From Marinosulfonomonas sp. (GTDB lineage Bacteria; Pseudomonadota; Alphaproteobacteria; Rhodobacterales; Rhodobacteraceae): DNA of 41,517 nt. The stretch is taken from positions 1-41,517 of the forward strand of contig JALSJL010000469.1 of the NCBI GenBank assembly GCA_026989405.1, written 5' to 3'. Below are positions 17,226 to 26,051 of the stretch, piece after piece. Position 1 is the first letter of the stretch, and each line of letters starts with the position of its first letter. The position numbers and the translations under genes were made by a program. The notes below the pieces were generated by a model. The model did no database searches, had not been told where the DNA came from, and worked only from the letters and a program-made list of their open reading frames with translations.

Positions 17226-18694
17226 TTGTAACGCCCTGGATCATGCGGATCCGGCCCGAAACCCCTGACCCGCCGCACTTGTCCTTCCTGGATCGTGTCC
17301 AGCGGCCGGACGTCCTCCATATGTCCGCCCAGGTCCCGATAGTCGGCCAGCCGCATGGTAAACTCGATCGGCGCGACAAGGGCCGGTGTCGGCACATACC
17401 CGAACGCGTTGGTGGGCATTTCGGTAACATCAGCCATGACCGTGATACCGCCCCCCGGCCAGACATAGGCCTGCGCCCCGCCACAGGAAACATAGGTCAG
17501 CGCATCGCGCACCGAACGGGTCAGCCGCACCGGGTTTTCCGTGACCCCGGCCCGCAACGAGCCGCCGGCGCCGCCCATGAACAAGACCGAGCAAAACGAA
17601 GGTTCGCAGTTTTCGGCAATGCGCTCGACTGACGCCTTCAAGGCCGTCGGTATCGGGGCCGGCTGCGGAACCAGATCGGCGTCGAGTTCGAAATAGGCAA
17701 ATTGCTCGCCGGTTGTCGAAACCATCAGCAAACGAAGCCCGGGCCATGCGTATTCGGGGTCTGCGTCCTTGAGGACGGCCAACGGATCCTGCACATTCGT
17801 GCCGCCCCAGCCGGTGCCCGGCTCTGCCACCTGAAAATAGCGGCCCGGTGTTGACCGGCGCCCGTTCACCCGGATGCCCGTGCGTTTCACGCCAAGCAGC
17901 TTGCCCGCCTGATGTTCAGACAGAACGCCGGTAATGTGATCATCGACGACGATGACCTCATCCGCATGATCAACCCATTGGGCCGCAAACATGCCGATGG
18001 CGGCCGACCCGCAGCCCACGCGCATCAGTTTTTCCGCGGTCCCTTCGATTATCGGCGCCTTTCCGGCCTGCACCACGACCTGCGCGCCTTCGTCGATGTC
18101 CATCGTCACCGCGTCCCGGTTGCACAGCCGCAGCACGGCATCACAGGTCACCCGCCCCTCTCGCTTGGAGCCGCCGGTCAGATGCTCGACCCCACCCAGA
18201 GACAGCATGCGCGATCCGTATTCGCTGGTCATGACATGACCGATTGCTTCCCCGTCCACGCGCACCACGGCGCGTTCCTGTCCGATATGGCGGTCGGTGT
18301 CGATCTTCACCTTGACGCCGCAGTAGGAAAATATCCCCTCGGTTACGACGGTCACCATGTCGATGCCGTCGATTTCCTGACTGACGATGAAAGGTGCCGG
18401 TTTGTAGTCAGGGTAGGTTGTGCCCGCGCCAATGGCGGTCACGAACTGGCGACGGCTGTGCAAAAGGTCGCCATCCCAGTCGGCATCGCCGTTTTCGCCC
18501 AGAAACGGCACGGACCTGACACCTTTCCCGGCGCTGGTTTCCAGGATCGTGAGGGGGTCCAGGCGGACCAGCCGGCCTTCCTGGTTTGCATAGCGGTCGC
18601 ACGCCCCGGCCCGACCTTCGGCGATGAAGCACAGAACGGGGCACGCATCGCAACGGATCTTGTCTGCGGAAGCTGTGCGGGATTTCCCGGTCAT
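17207..18694 (-). CDS. 6-hydroxynicotinate reductase-like iron-sulfur flavoprotein
   Basis: Tracked ORF 17207..18769 trimmed to the Met at 18694 (ATGA overlap with the upstream hydroxylase stop). N-terminal Cys cluster CDACPVLCFIAEGRAGAC (CxxCxxxCx9C). Flanked by an XDH-family hydroxylase and an enamidase-like amidohydrolase, as in nicotinate clusters. Confidence 0.6.
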   Translation of the reverse strand: MTGKSRTASADKIRCDACPVLCFIAEGRAGACDRYANQEGRLVRLDPLTILETSAGKGVRSVPFLGENGDADWDGDLLHSRRQFVTAIGAGTTYPDYKPAPFIVSQEIDGIDMVTVVTEGIFSYCGVKVKIDTDRHIGQERAVVRVDGEAIGHVMTSEYGSRMLSLGGVEHLTGGSKREGRVTCDAVLRLCNRDAVTMDIDEGAQVVVQAGKAPIIEGTAEKLMRVGCGSAAIGMFAAQWVDHADEVIVVDDHITGVLSEHQAGKLLGVKRTGIRVNGRRSTPGRYFQVAEPGTGWGGTNVQDPLAVLKDADPEYAWPGLRLLMVSTTGEQFAYFELDADLVPQPAPIPTALKASVERIAENCEPSFCSVLFMGGAGGSLRAGVTENPVRLTRSVRDALTYVSCGGAQAYVWPGGGITVMADVTEMPTNAFGYVPTPALVAPIEFTMRLADYRDLGGHMEDVRPLDTIQEGQVRRVRGFGPDPHDPGRYKWDGKP

Positions 18695-21426
18695 GTTGCG
18701 CCCCCGCGATCGATGGCCGCCTTCAGCCGCGCCGGCGTGACTGGCAGCCGGGTGACACGCACACCGCATGCGGCCCTGATTGCATTCAAGATCGCCGGAG
18801 CCGTGGGCACCAGGGCATGTTCGCCCAGCCCCTTGGCCCCGTATGGCCCATGCGGGTCCGGCTCTTCCACAATCAGCGTTTCAATCGGAGGAATATCGCC
18901 GATTGTCGGGATCAGGTAGTCATGCAGGTTTTCGGTCTTGCCGGGAACATATTCTTCCATCAGAGCCATGCCCAGGCCTTGCGCAATCCCGCCCTGGATC
19001 TGGCCTTCGACCAACAGGGGGTTGATGGCACGGCCGACATCATGGGCCGCCACCATGCGCAGGACGCGGGTCGTGCCCAGCGCCATGTCCACCTCGACGA
19101 CGGCCAACTGCGCGGCGTAGCCAAACTGGGCGTAGGGCTCGCCCTGCCCGTTTTCATCCAGCGGTCTTGTGGGCGGGTCGTAGGTTTCTGCGGCCCGGAA
19201 GACATAGCCTTCGCGGTCGGCATCAAGGCGGGCCAGGTCAATTCGATGGCTCTTGCCGTCGTCGCGCACATGGATGCTTCCGGCGCGCAGGTCAATCACA
19301 CTGTCCGGCGCTGCATTCACCTTGCCAAGTATGTCACGCCGCAGCGCCTCGCCGGTCAGGCGCGCTGCATTTCCGCTGACAAATGTCTGACGTGATGCCG
19401 ATGTCTTGCCGGCATCCGGCGTGATGTCGGTATCGGCCCCCAGGATCCTCATCCTGGAAATCGGCACGCCAAGCGCTTCAGAGAAAATCTGCGCAATAAC
19501 GGTGTTGGAGCCTTGCCCGATATCGACCGCTCCCTGATGGAGCACCAGCGAACCATCGGCGAGGATGCCGGCCTTGATCGTCGAGGGGTTGGGAAGTGAC
19601 GTGTTTCCGCAACCATACCAGCCACAGGCCAGGCCGACTCCCCGTCGCACCCCAGGCGTCGCGCCGCCGGCGTTGACAGCTTTCGCCGCCGCCCGTTCGC
19701 GCTGCCAGAACGGGCGCAGAGCCCTGAGGCAGGCGCCGATACCGACGCCGCGCTCAAACACCTGTCCGCAGACCGTGGGCATGCCATTTTCCAGGGCGTT
19801 TTTCAGCCGGAACTCCAGCGGGTCCAGGCCCAGTTTTTCGGCCAGGTCATCAAACAGGCTTTCTTGCGCCACGGCCGCCTGTGGCACCCCGAAGCCACGA
19901 AACGCACCCGATGGCGGCGCGTTGGTGTGCACGGCCTTCGCCGATGCCCGGTAAGCGCCAACCCGATAGGGGCCCGACGCATGAACCGGCACACGGTTGG
20001 CAACCGTCGGGCCCCATGATGCGTAGGCCCCGGTATTGAATTCCGCTTTGAAATCAAAAGCCTGGATGGCTCCGTCGGCGTTTGCTCCGATCGTCAGACG
20101 CATGATCGCCGGATGCCGTTTGGTTGTCGATTTCATCGACTCCGACCGCGTATAGGCCAGCCTTGCCGGGCGGCCTGTCGCCAGCGCTGCCAGCGCCAGA
20201 TACGGTTGAACCGACAGATCGAGCTTGGCTCCGAACCCCCCGCCAACAGCGGTCGGCACGATGCGGATCCGGTCTGGCTCCATTGCCAGAATACCGGCCA
20301 GGGCTTCCTGGTCCATGGCGGGGGCTTGCGTGCAGGCGTGCAGCTCCAGCCGGCCATCAACCATCTGCGCAAACCCGGCTTCGGGCTCGATATAGGCATG
20401 CTCCACGAATGACGTCTGAAATTCACCGGACACAGTCACGTCCGCCTCGCGCAGGGCGGCTTTCGGATCACCCTGCAAGACAAAACCCTCGCACATCAGG
20501 TTGCCGGGGCGGTCGGCGTGAAGGGGTGTTGCATCGCGCGCCTGTGCCGACGCCAGGTCTTCGACACCCGGCAAGCGGGAAAAGCGGATCGGCAGGTCAT
20601 CAAGATCGAGCGCCCGCAAGGCCGGCGGCTCGCCAATGACCGACGCAACGGCCTCGCCTCTGAACCGGCAGAGTTTTTCTGCAAAAACCGGCTGGTCAAG
20701 AAAGCCCGGAATGACGCCGAACCGATTGCACCCCGGCACGTCCGCAGCCGTCTGGACGGCAACGATCCCCGGATGCGCTGCCAGAAAGGCGGTCGTATCG
20801 CCGATCTCGAAGCTCGCCGCGGCATGGGGAGACCGGACCACCCGAATTTCCAGAGTGCCCGGCGGCGCGATGTCGTCACCGAATTTCTCGCGGCCCTCGA
20901 CTTTTGCCAGACCATCGGTTTTTCGGATCGCCGCCCCGACGCCCCCCTCGCGCAGGCGTTCTTCAGGCGCGCGCACCGCCAGCACGGCCGCAATGATCTT
21001 GCGGTATCCCGTGCACCTGCACAAGACACCGCCAAGCGCATCCATCACCGCTTTTTCGTCGGGCTCCGGGCACTCGCGCAACAGCGCCGTCGCGCAGACC
21101 AGCATGCCCGGCGTGCACACCCCACATTGAGCGGCGCCAAAATCCTGAAAGCTCTCGCAGAGCCCGGCGGCAATCGGGTCACCTCCGGCAAGCCCCGACA
21201 CGGTTTCAACCAGGCGACCGGCCGCCTGGTGGACCGGCATGAGGCAGGCGCAAATCGGTTTGCCATCCACCAGAACGGTGCAGGCGCCACAGTCTCCGGC
21301 ATCGCATCCGACCTTCACATCGCGGCCATCAAGCCGTTCGCGCAGCGCATGAGACAGCCGTTCGCCGGGATCGGCCGTCACAGTGACCGGCCGGCCGTTC
21401 AGGTTGAACGCCACCATATCAGTCAT
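18691..21426 (-). CDS. xanthine dehydrogenase-family molybdenum hydroxylase, fused 2x[2Fe-2S] + MoCo subunits (candidate nicotinate/N-heterocycle hydroxylase)
   Basis: N-terminus has CDAGDCGACTV, CGVCTPGM and CRCTGY ferredoxin motifs. The C-terminal ~750 aa is an aldehyde oxidase/XDH a/b-hammerhead plus MoCo-binding region (VGGGFGAKL). 911 aa. Confidence 0.85.
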   Translation of the reverse strand: MTDMVAFNLNGRPVTVTADPGERLSHALRERLDGRDVKVGCDAGDCGACTVLVDGKPICACLMPVHQAAGRLVETVSGLAGGDPIAAGLCESFQDFGAAQCGVCTPGMLVCATALLRECPEPDEKAVMDALGGVLCRCTGYRKIIAAVLAVRAPEERLREGGVGAAIRKTDGLAKVEGREKFGDDIAPPGTLEIRVVRSPHAAASFEIGDTTAFLAAHPGIVAVQTAADVPGCNRFGVIPGFLDQPVFAEKLCRFRGEAVASVIGEPPALRALDLDDLPIRFSRLPGVEDLASAQARDATPLHADRPGNLMCEGFVLQGDPKAALREADVTVSGEFQTSFVEHAYIEPEAGFAQMVDGRLELHACTQAPAMDQEALAGILAMEPDRIRIVPTAVGGGFGAKLDLSVQPYLALAALATGRPARLAYTRSESMKSTTKRHPAIMRLTIGANADGAIQAFDFKAEFNTGAYASWGPTVANRVPVHASGPYRVGAYRASAKAVHTNAPPSGAFRGFGVPQAAVAQESLFDDLAEKLGLDPLEFRLKNALENGMPTVCGQVFERGVGIGACLRALRPFWQRERAAAKAVNAGGATPGVRRGVGLACGWYGCGNTSLPNPSTIKAGILADGSLVLHQGAVDIGQGSNTVIAQIFSEALGVPISRMRILGADTDITPDAGKTSASRQTFVSGNAARLTGEALRRDILGKVNAAPDSVIDLRAGSIHVRDDGKSHRIDLARLDADREGYVFRAAETYDPPTRPLDENGQGEPYAQFGYAAQLAVVEVDMALGTTRVLRMVAAHDVGRAINPLLVEGQIQGGIAQGLGMALMEEYVPGKTENLHDYLIPTIGDIPPIETLIVEEPDPHGPYGAKGLGEHALVPTAPAILNAIRAACGVRVTRLPVTPARLKAAIDRGGAT

Positions 21427-22309
21427 GGCGCACCGCCAGCCCGGCTGCCGACGTCATGGCCCGGCGGATCAGTTCGGCGGCGGCGTCCAGCCGATAGCCA
21501 GCCGTGGCGCGGACATCATCGATGGCGGCAAGGGCCGACAGGTCCTGCGGTCTCACCAATGCCGGGTCGGCCAGGCCGGATACCGGCGTGCCCTGCAAAC
21601 GCTGCTCCAGCGCGCCCAACCTGGTGGCCACGGGCGAACAGGCCCCCACGGCCACCCGAAGATCGTCCAGGCACCCCGCCTTCAGCCGAACCGCCACCGC
21701 GACCATCGCAATCGAGATCACAAGATATTGCCGCGCGCCCAGTTTTTCGAAGGCGCTGGCAAGGCCCCTTGCCGGCGGGATACGCACGCCGATCAGGATT
21801 TCGTCCTTGTGTCGCGCGGTCTTGCGGACCCCCCGCAAGAATTGCGACAGGGCAATGACGCGCTTTCCGCTGACAGAAGCAAGATGCACTTCGGCATCCA
21901 GAACCAGCAGCGGCGGTATTCCATCAGCCGCCGGCGATGCGTTGCAGATATTGCCGCCAAGGGTTGCCGCGTTCTGAATCTGTCGGGCGCCAACCTCGCG
22001 CGCCGCCTGTTGCAGTCCGCAAAAGGCCGGCGGCAGATCGGCATCCCGGATTTCGGCCCAGGTGGTCGCGCCACCGATCCACCAACCGCCCCCCTGGTCC
22101 TTGCCCTCAGGCCAGATACCCCGCAACGTCTCGATGCGCGTGATGTCCAGCAGGTCGCGATCAGGCACCGATTGACCGGCGGCCGGAAAATGGTCCGTTC
22201 CGCCAGCCACAATCTGCGCCCCCGCCGCAAGAACGTCCAATGCGTCATCCAGAGAATTGGGAGCGAAATAGGTCACGGCTTTCCCTGCGCGGTTTTGTTT
22301 GCATGCCAA
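21419..22309 (-). CDS. FAD-binding subunit of the molybdenum hydroxylase (CoxM/XdhB-like)
   Basis: 296 aa with the AGGTD motif (IVAGGTDHFPA). It overlaps the downstream hydroxylase start by 8 nt. A GTG at 22276 is an alternative start. Confidence 0.8.
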   Translation of the reverse strand: MACKQNRAGKAVTYFAPNSLDDALDVLAAGAQIVAGGTDHFPAAGQSVPDRDLLDITRIETLRGIWPEGKDQGGGWWIGGATTWAEIRDADLPPAFCGLQQAAREVGARQIQNAATLGGNICNASPAADGIPPLLVLDAEVHLASVSGKRVIALSQFLRGVRKTARHKDEILIGVRIPPARGLASAFEKLGARQYLVISIAMVAVAVRLKAGCLDDLRVAVGACSPVATRLGALEQRLQGTPVSGLADPALVRPQDLSALAAIDDVRATAGYRLDAAAELIRRAMTSAAGLAVRHD

Positions 22310-22428
22310 CGATACGTCCCCAGGCCGATCGCTGTCAATTTCCCAGTCAGCAAGGGCCCTGGTTTCCCCGGCTTGATCGCCTCTGCAAACATGTTAGCAT
22401 ACGAATGAAATCATGCTGGGGGGTGCCC

Positions 22429-23607
22429 ATGGACAGACACTCACAAAAACTGGTGGTGCGCAACATCGGCTTGATGCTGTCAGGCATGCTGGAACACCCC
22501 ATTCTTGACGCCGACTGCATTGTCGCCGTTGACGGGAAGATCGCGGCCATCGGATTTGAAAAAGACCTGGACACCGACGGCGCAACGACGACTGTCGATG
22601 CACATGGCGTCACGCTTGCCCCGGGTCTGATCGACAGCCACGTTCACCCTGTCATCGGAGACTATACGCCGCGCCAGCAACAGCTGCACTGGATCGACAG
22701 CACGTTGCATGGCGGCGTGACAACCATGATTTCGGCAGGTGAAGTTCATTTGCCGGGTCGGCCCAAGGATGTGGTCGGCCTCAAGGCGATGGCCATCGCG
22801 TCGCAGAGATGGTACGAAAATTTCCGCCCGTCGGGCGTCAAGGTTCATGCCGGCGCGCCCATTCTTGAAGAAGGCATGGTCGAACAGGACTTCAAGGACC
22901 TGGCCGACGCCGGCGTCAAGCTGTTGGGCGAAGTCGGCCTTGGAACCGTCAAGGACGGCAAGACGGCAAGACAAATGGTCGGCTGGGCAAGAAAATACGG
23001 CATTCAAAGCACCATCCATACCGGGGGCCCCTCAATCCCGGGATCGGGACTGATCGACGCCGACATGGTTCTGGAAACCGGCGCCGACGTCATTGGCCAC
23101 ATCAACGGCGGCCACTCTGCCTTGCCCGATGATCAGATCATCTGCCTTTGTGAAAACTGCTCCAAGGGGCTGGAAATCGTGCACAACGGCAATGAGCGCG
23201 CCGCTGTCCTGACGCTGAATACCGCGCGCGAGCTGAAACAACTGAACCGGGTCATTCTCGGAACTGACGGGCCGGCGGGATCGGGGGTGCAGCCGCTTGG
23301 CATCTTGCGGATGGTGTCGATGTTGTCAGCCTTTGGCAATGTTCCGGCCGAGCAGGCGTTTTGTTTTGCAACCGGCAACACGGCGCGCGAACGCGGGCTG
23401 GATTGCGGCATTCTCGCTCACGGTCGCTCGGCGGATTTCGTTCTCATGGACCAGGCCCAGCACGCCCCGGGAAAGAACATTCTCGAAAGCGTGCAGCTTG
23501 GCAACCTGCCGGGTATCGGCATGACGATCATTGATGGTGTCATTTGCAGCCATCGCAGCCGCAACACGCCGCCGGCACAGCGCTTGCCCCAGGAGGTGAC
23601 CGCCTGA
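22429..23607 (+). CDS. enamidase-like metal-dependent amidohydrolase
   Basis: Tracked ORF 22240..23607 trimmed to the Met at 22429 (GGGGGG RBS-like sequence). About 392 aa with the HxH metal motif IDSHVHP. Divergent from the hydroxylase/hnr operon, matching the ena position in nicotinate clusters. Confidence 0.65.
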   Translation: MDRHSQKLVVRNIGLMLSGMLEHPILDADCIVAVDGKIAAIGFEKDLDTDGATTTVDAHGVTLAPGLIDSHVHPVIGDYTPRQQQLHWIDSTLHGGVTTMISAGEVHLPGRPKDVVGLKAMAIASQRWYENFRPSGVKVHAGAPILEEGMVEQDFKDLADAGVKLLGEVGLGTVKDGKTARQMVGWARKYGIQSTIHTGGPSIPGSGLIDADMVLETGADVIGHINGGHSALPDDQIICLCENCSKGLEIVHNGNERAAVLTLNTARELKQLNRVILGTDGPAGSGVQPLGILRMVSMLSAFGNVPAEQAFCFATGNTARERGLDCGILAHGRSADFVLMDQAQHAPGKNILESVQLGNLPGIGMTIIDGVICSHRSRNTPPAQRLPQEVTA

Positions 23608-23763
23608 CCAGATCGGCACCCGACACCAAGCGCCCCTGTTGTGCGGCCGACCTGCCCCGAACCTTCCGGGACTTCGAATTTTCTGGACAATAATTTTGCT
23701 GGCACTCAATCTAGTGGAAAACGACCGGGAGCTGGTCGACACTCAATACCAGGGAGACGAAAC

Positions 23764-25050
23764 ATGGCTCAACAGAAAACCGATGGCCTGATCGCACCGA
23801 CCCGCCGGGCGGTGCTCAAGGGCGTGGCGGCGACAGGCCTGGCAACGGCCATGCCCGGCCACCTGTATGGCGCAACCGACGAGCCGATCCGCGTCGGATT
23901 TCAGGTGCACCGCACCGGCATCGGCGCATCCTACGGCCGCTGGTATGACCGCACGACCACCGCCGCGGCCCGCGTCATCAACGAAGCCGGCGGGATCAAC
24001 GGCAGACCCCTCGAGATCATTGCCGAAGACGACGGCACCGACCCGAAACGCGGGGCGGAAGTCCTTGAGAAATTCGCAAACCAGCACAATTGCGATATTG
24101 CCTACGGCACATTGTTCAGCCATGTGGTCATCGGATCGGCCCCGCGCGCGGCCGAGTTGAAACTGCCCTATTTCGTGGTCTCTGAAGGCCACCATGTCGC
24201 GTCCGGCATGCTCAACCGCTACACGCTGCAACCGGGTATCACCGACGTCAAGAGCCAGGTCCAGGCCATGGCCCCGTTTGTCGCGGCCAACCTTGGCAAG
24301 AAGGTCACGATGATCTACCCGGATTTCGCTTTCGGCCACAACCACCGGGATTTCTTCGGTGACGCGATCGAAAAGGAAGGCGGCCAGGTTGTCGCGAAAA
24401 TCGCCATTCCGCCAACCGAAACATCTTTCACCCGGTATTTCCCGCAGATCCCGCGCGAGACCGAGGTGATCTATCATGTGATGGTCGGTCCGGCCGTTCT
24501 GACCTTTGTGAAGGAGATGGGCGAATTTTTCGGCCCGTCGAGCCCGGAAATTTTCGGGTTCATCGATTCACTCGAGGCCGTCGACCTGGCAACGCCGGGG
24601 CTGGAATTTCTGGACGGGTCCTTCTTCTGGGAAGGCCACCCGCGCTATGCACAGCCGGACCAGACCGAATATGACAAATTCTACCGTGAGCAGGTCGGCG
24701 TCGATGAAAATGGCGCCTCGGTCGATGACCCCAGGGACGTTTCCACCTACTCGCACATGTTCGCGTGCTGGGAAACGCTGCATGTGATCAAGGATGGCAT
24801 GGAAGCGGCGGGCTACAAGGGGCCGCAGGACCGGGCGGCGCTGATCGAAGCGGTCGAGGCGATGACCGACATGCCGGAAAGCCGGGCCCATCCACAGGGC
24901 CCCAAGATATTCAACGGCAAGACCCACCAGGTTTTCGGCGTGCAGTATATCAGCCAGGTCAACGGCGGCCGGCTTGACGTGAAACATGTCACGTCGATCG
25001 AAGACGGGCTGTATCCGGACGAAGTGGACTACACCACCCAGCCGCTCTGA
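23764..25050 (+). CDS. ABC transporter periplasmic substrate-binding protein (Leu/Ile/Val-binding, HAAT family) with Tat-type signal
   Basis: Tracked ORF 23641..25050 trimmed to the Met at 23764 (AGGGAGA RBS). N-terminal PTRRAVLKGVAATGLATAMPG fits the S/T-R-R-x-F-L-K twin-arginine motif. Followed by LivHMGF-type genes. Confidence 0.75.
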   Translation: MAQQKTDGLIAPTRRAVLKGVAATGLATAMPGHLYGATDEPIRVGFQVHRTGIGASYGRWYDRTTTAAARVINEAGGINGRPLEIIAEDDGTDPKRGAEVLEKFANQHNCDIAYGTLFSHVVIGSAPRAAELKLPYFVVSEGHHVASGMLNRYTLQPGITDVKSQVQAMAPFVAANLGKKVTMIYPDFAFGHNHRDFFGDAIEKEGGQVVAKIAIPPTETSFTRYFPQIPRETEVIYHVMVGPAVLTFVKEMGEFFGPSSPEIFGFIDSLEAVDLATPGLEFLDGSFFWEGHPRYAQPDQTEYDKFYREQVGVDENGASVDDPRDVSTYSHMFACWETLHVIKDGMEAAGYKGPQDRAALIEAVEAMTDMPESRAHPQGPKIFNGKTHQVFGVQYISQVNGGRLDVKHVTSIEDGLYPDEVDYTTQPL

Positions 25051-25060
25051 GACCCGAGTC

Positions 25061-25090
25061 GCATGCCCTGCCCGCTGGGGTCGGGCATGC
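25061..25090 (+). other. intercistronic stem-loop between the binding-protein and permease genes
   Basis: GCATGCCC (25061-25068) / GGGCATGC (25083-25090), an 8-bp stem with a 14-nt loop, 10 nt after the SBP stop. Such hairpins often set SBP:permease stoichiometry. Confidence 0.4.
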
Positions 25091-25124
25091 ATCGCAGCCA
25101 CCGTTCCAACCACATCAGGACGCT

Positions 25125-26051
25125 ATGGATTTCGGCCCGCACCTACTCCTTGCCATGCTCGAAGGGCTTGTGCAGGCCTCGGTCCTGACGCTGACGGCGC
25201 TGGGGCTGTCACTGGTTTTCGGTGTGATGCGGGTCGTGAATGTCGCCCATGGCGAATTTTTCATGCTGGGTGCGGTGCTGGCATGGTGGATCACCTTTCT
25301 GGTTGGCGGCCCGCCGGCGCTGGCCTTCATCGTGGCACTTCTGGTTGCGCCACTTCTGGTGGGAACAATTGCCGCTGCCGCCGACTGGCTGGTCTTGCGC
25401 CGGATCGACTATGATCCCGAGCGCACGATCGTTGCCACGATCGGGCTCTTGTATATTATCCAACAGCTCACGCTGATGTCCTATGGGCCGGATGCGCGCC
25501 CGGTTGCGCCGCCGTTCAACACGCGTCTGGCTCTGCCCTGGTTCGAATTCGGCAGCGGGGGGGTGCAGATCTACTGGCCCTGGGGCCTTTCGATCACAAG
25601 TTACAAGCTGTTCGTCATATTCGCAGCCCTTCTGACCGGGCTTGCTCTCTGGGCGGTCATGGCGCGGTCCCGCCTCGGGCTGATCTTGCGGGCAACCCAG
25701 CAAGACCGGGAAACCGCGCAGGCATTCGGCGTGCCGGTCGAGCGTGTCTATGCCCTGGTTTTCGGCCTTGGCGCGGCCCTTGCGGCCCTGGGCGCGACAC
25801 TGGTCGTGCCCATTCAGCAGGCGCATTACCTGATGGGAGGCGATCCGCTGCTGCTCAGCTTCATCGTGGTGATTATCGGCGGGCTGGGCTCGTTGCGCGG
25901 CACTGTTGTCGCGGCCATTCTCATCGGCATGAGCGACGGCATCATCTCGGTTTTCTTTTCCCCCACGCTGGCCAAGATGCTGGCCACGCTTCTTGTGGCC
26001 ATGGTGCTGGTCTTTCGCCCGCAGGGTCTGTTCGGAAGCAAGCCGGCATGA
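25125..26051 (+). CDS. branched-chain amino acid-type ABC transporter permease (LivH-like)
   Basis: 308-aa polytopic membrane protein typical of LivH-type permeases. ATGA overlap with the next permease gene. Confidence 0.85.
   Translation: MDFGPHLLLAMLEGLVQASVLTLTALGLSLVFGVMRVVNVAHGEFFMLGAVLAWWITFLVGGPPALAFIVALLVAPLLVGTIAAAADWLVLRRIDYDPERTIVATIGLLYIIQQLTLMSYGPDARPVAPPFNTRLALPWFEFGSGGVQIYWPWGLSITSYKLFVIFAALLTGLALWAVMARSRLGLILRATQQDRETAQAFGVPVERVYALVFGLGAALAALGATLVVPIQQAHYLMGGDPLLLSFIVVIIGGLGSLRGTVVAAILIGMSDGIISVFFSPTLAKMLATLLVAMVLVFRPQGLFGSKPA

Noticed and set aside
23684-23714. Sigma-54-like elements (TGGAC...TTTGCT and TGGCAC) upstream of the binding-protein gene
   Set aside because: In the first candidate the GG-to-GC spacing is 11 nt instead of the strict 10. 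The TGGCAC at 23700 has no GC at the -12 position.
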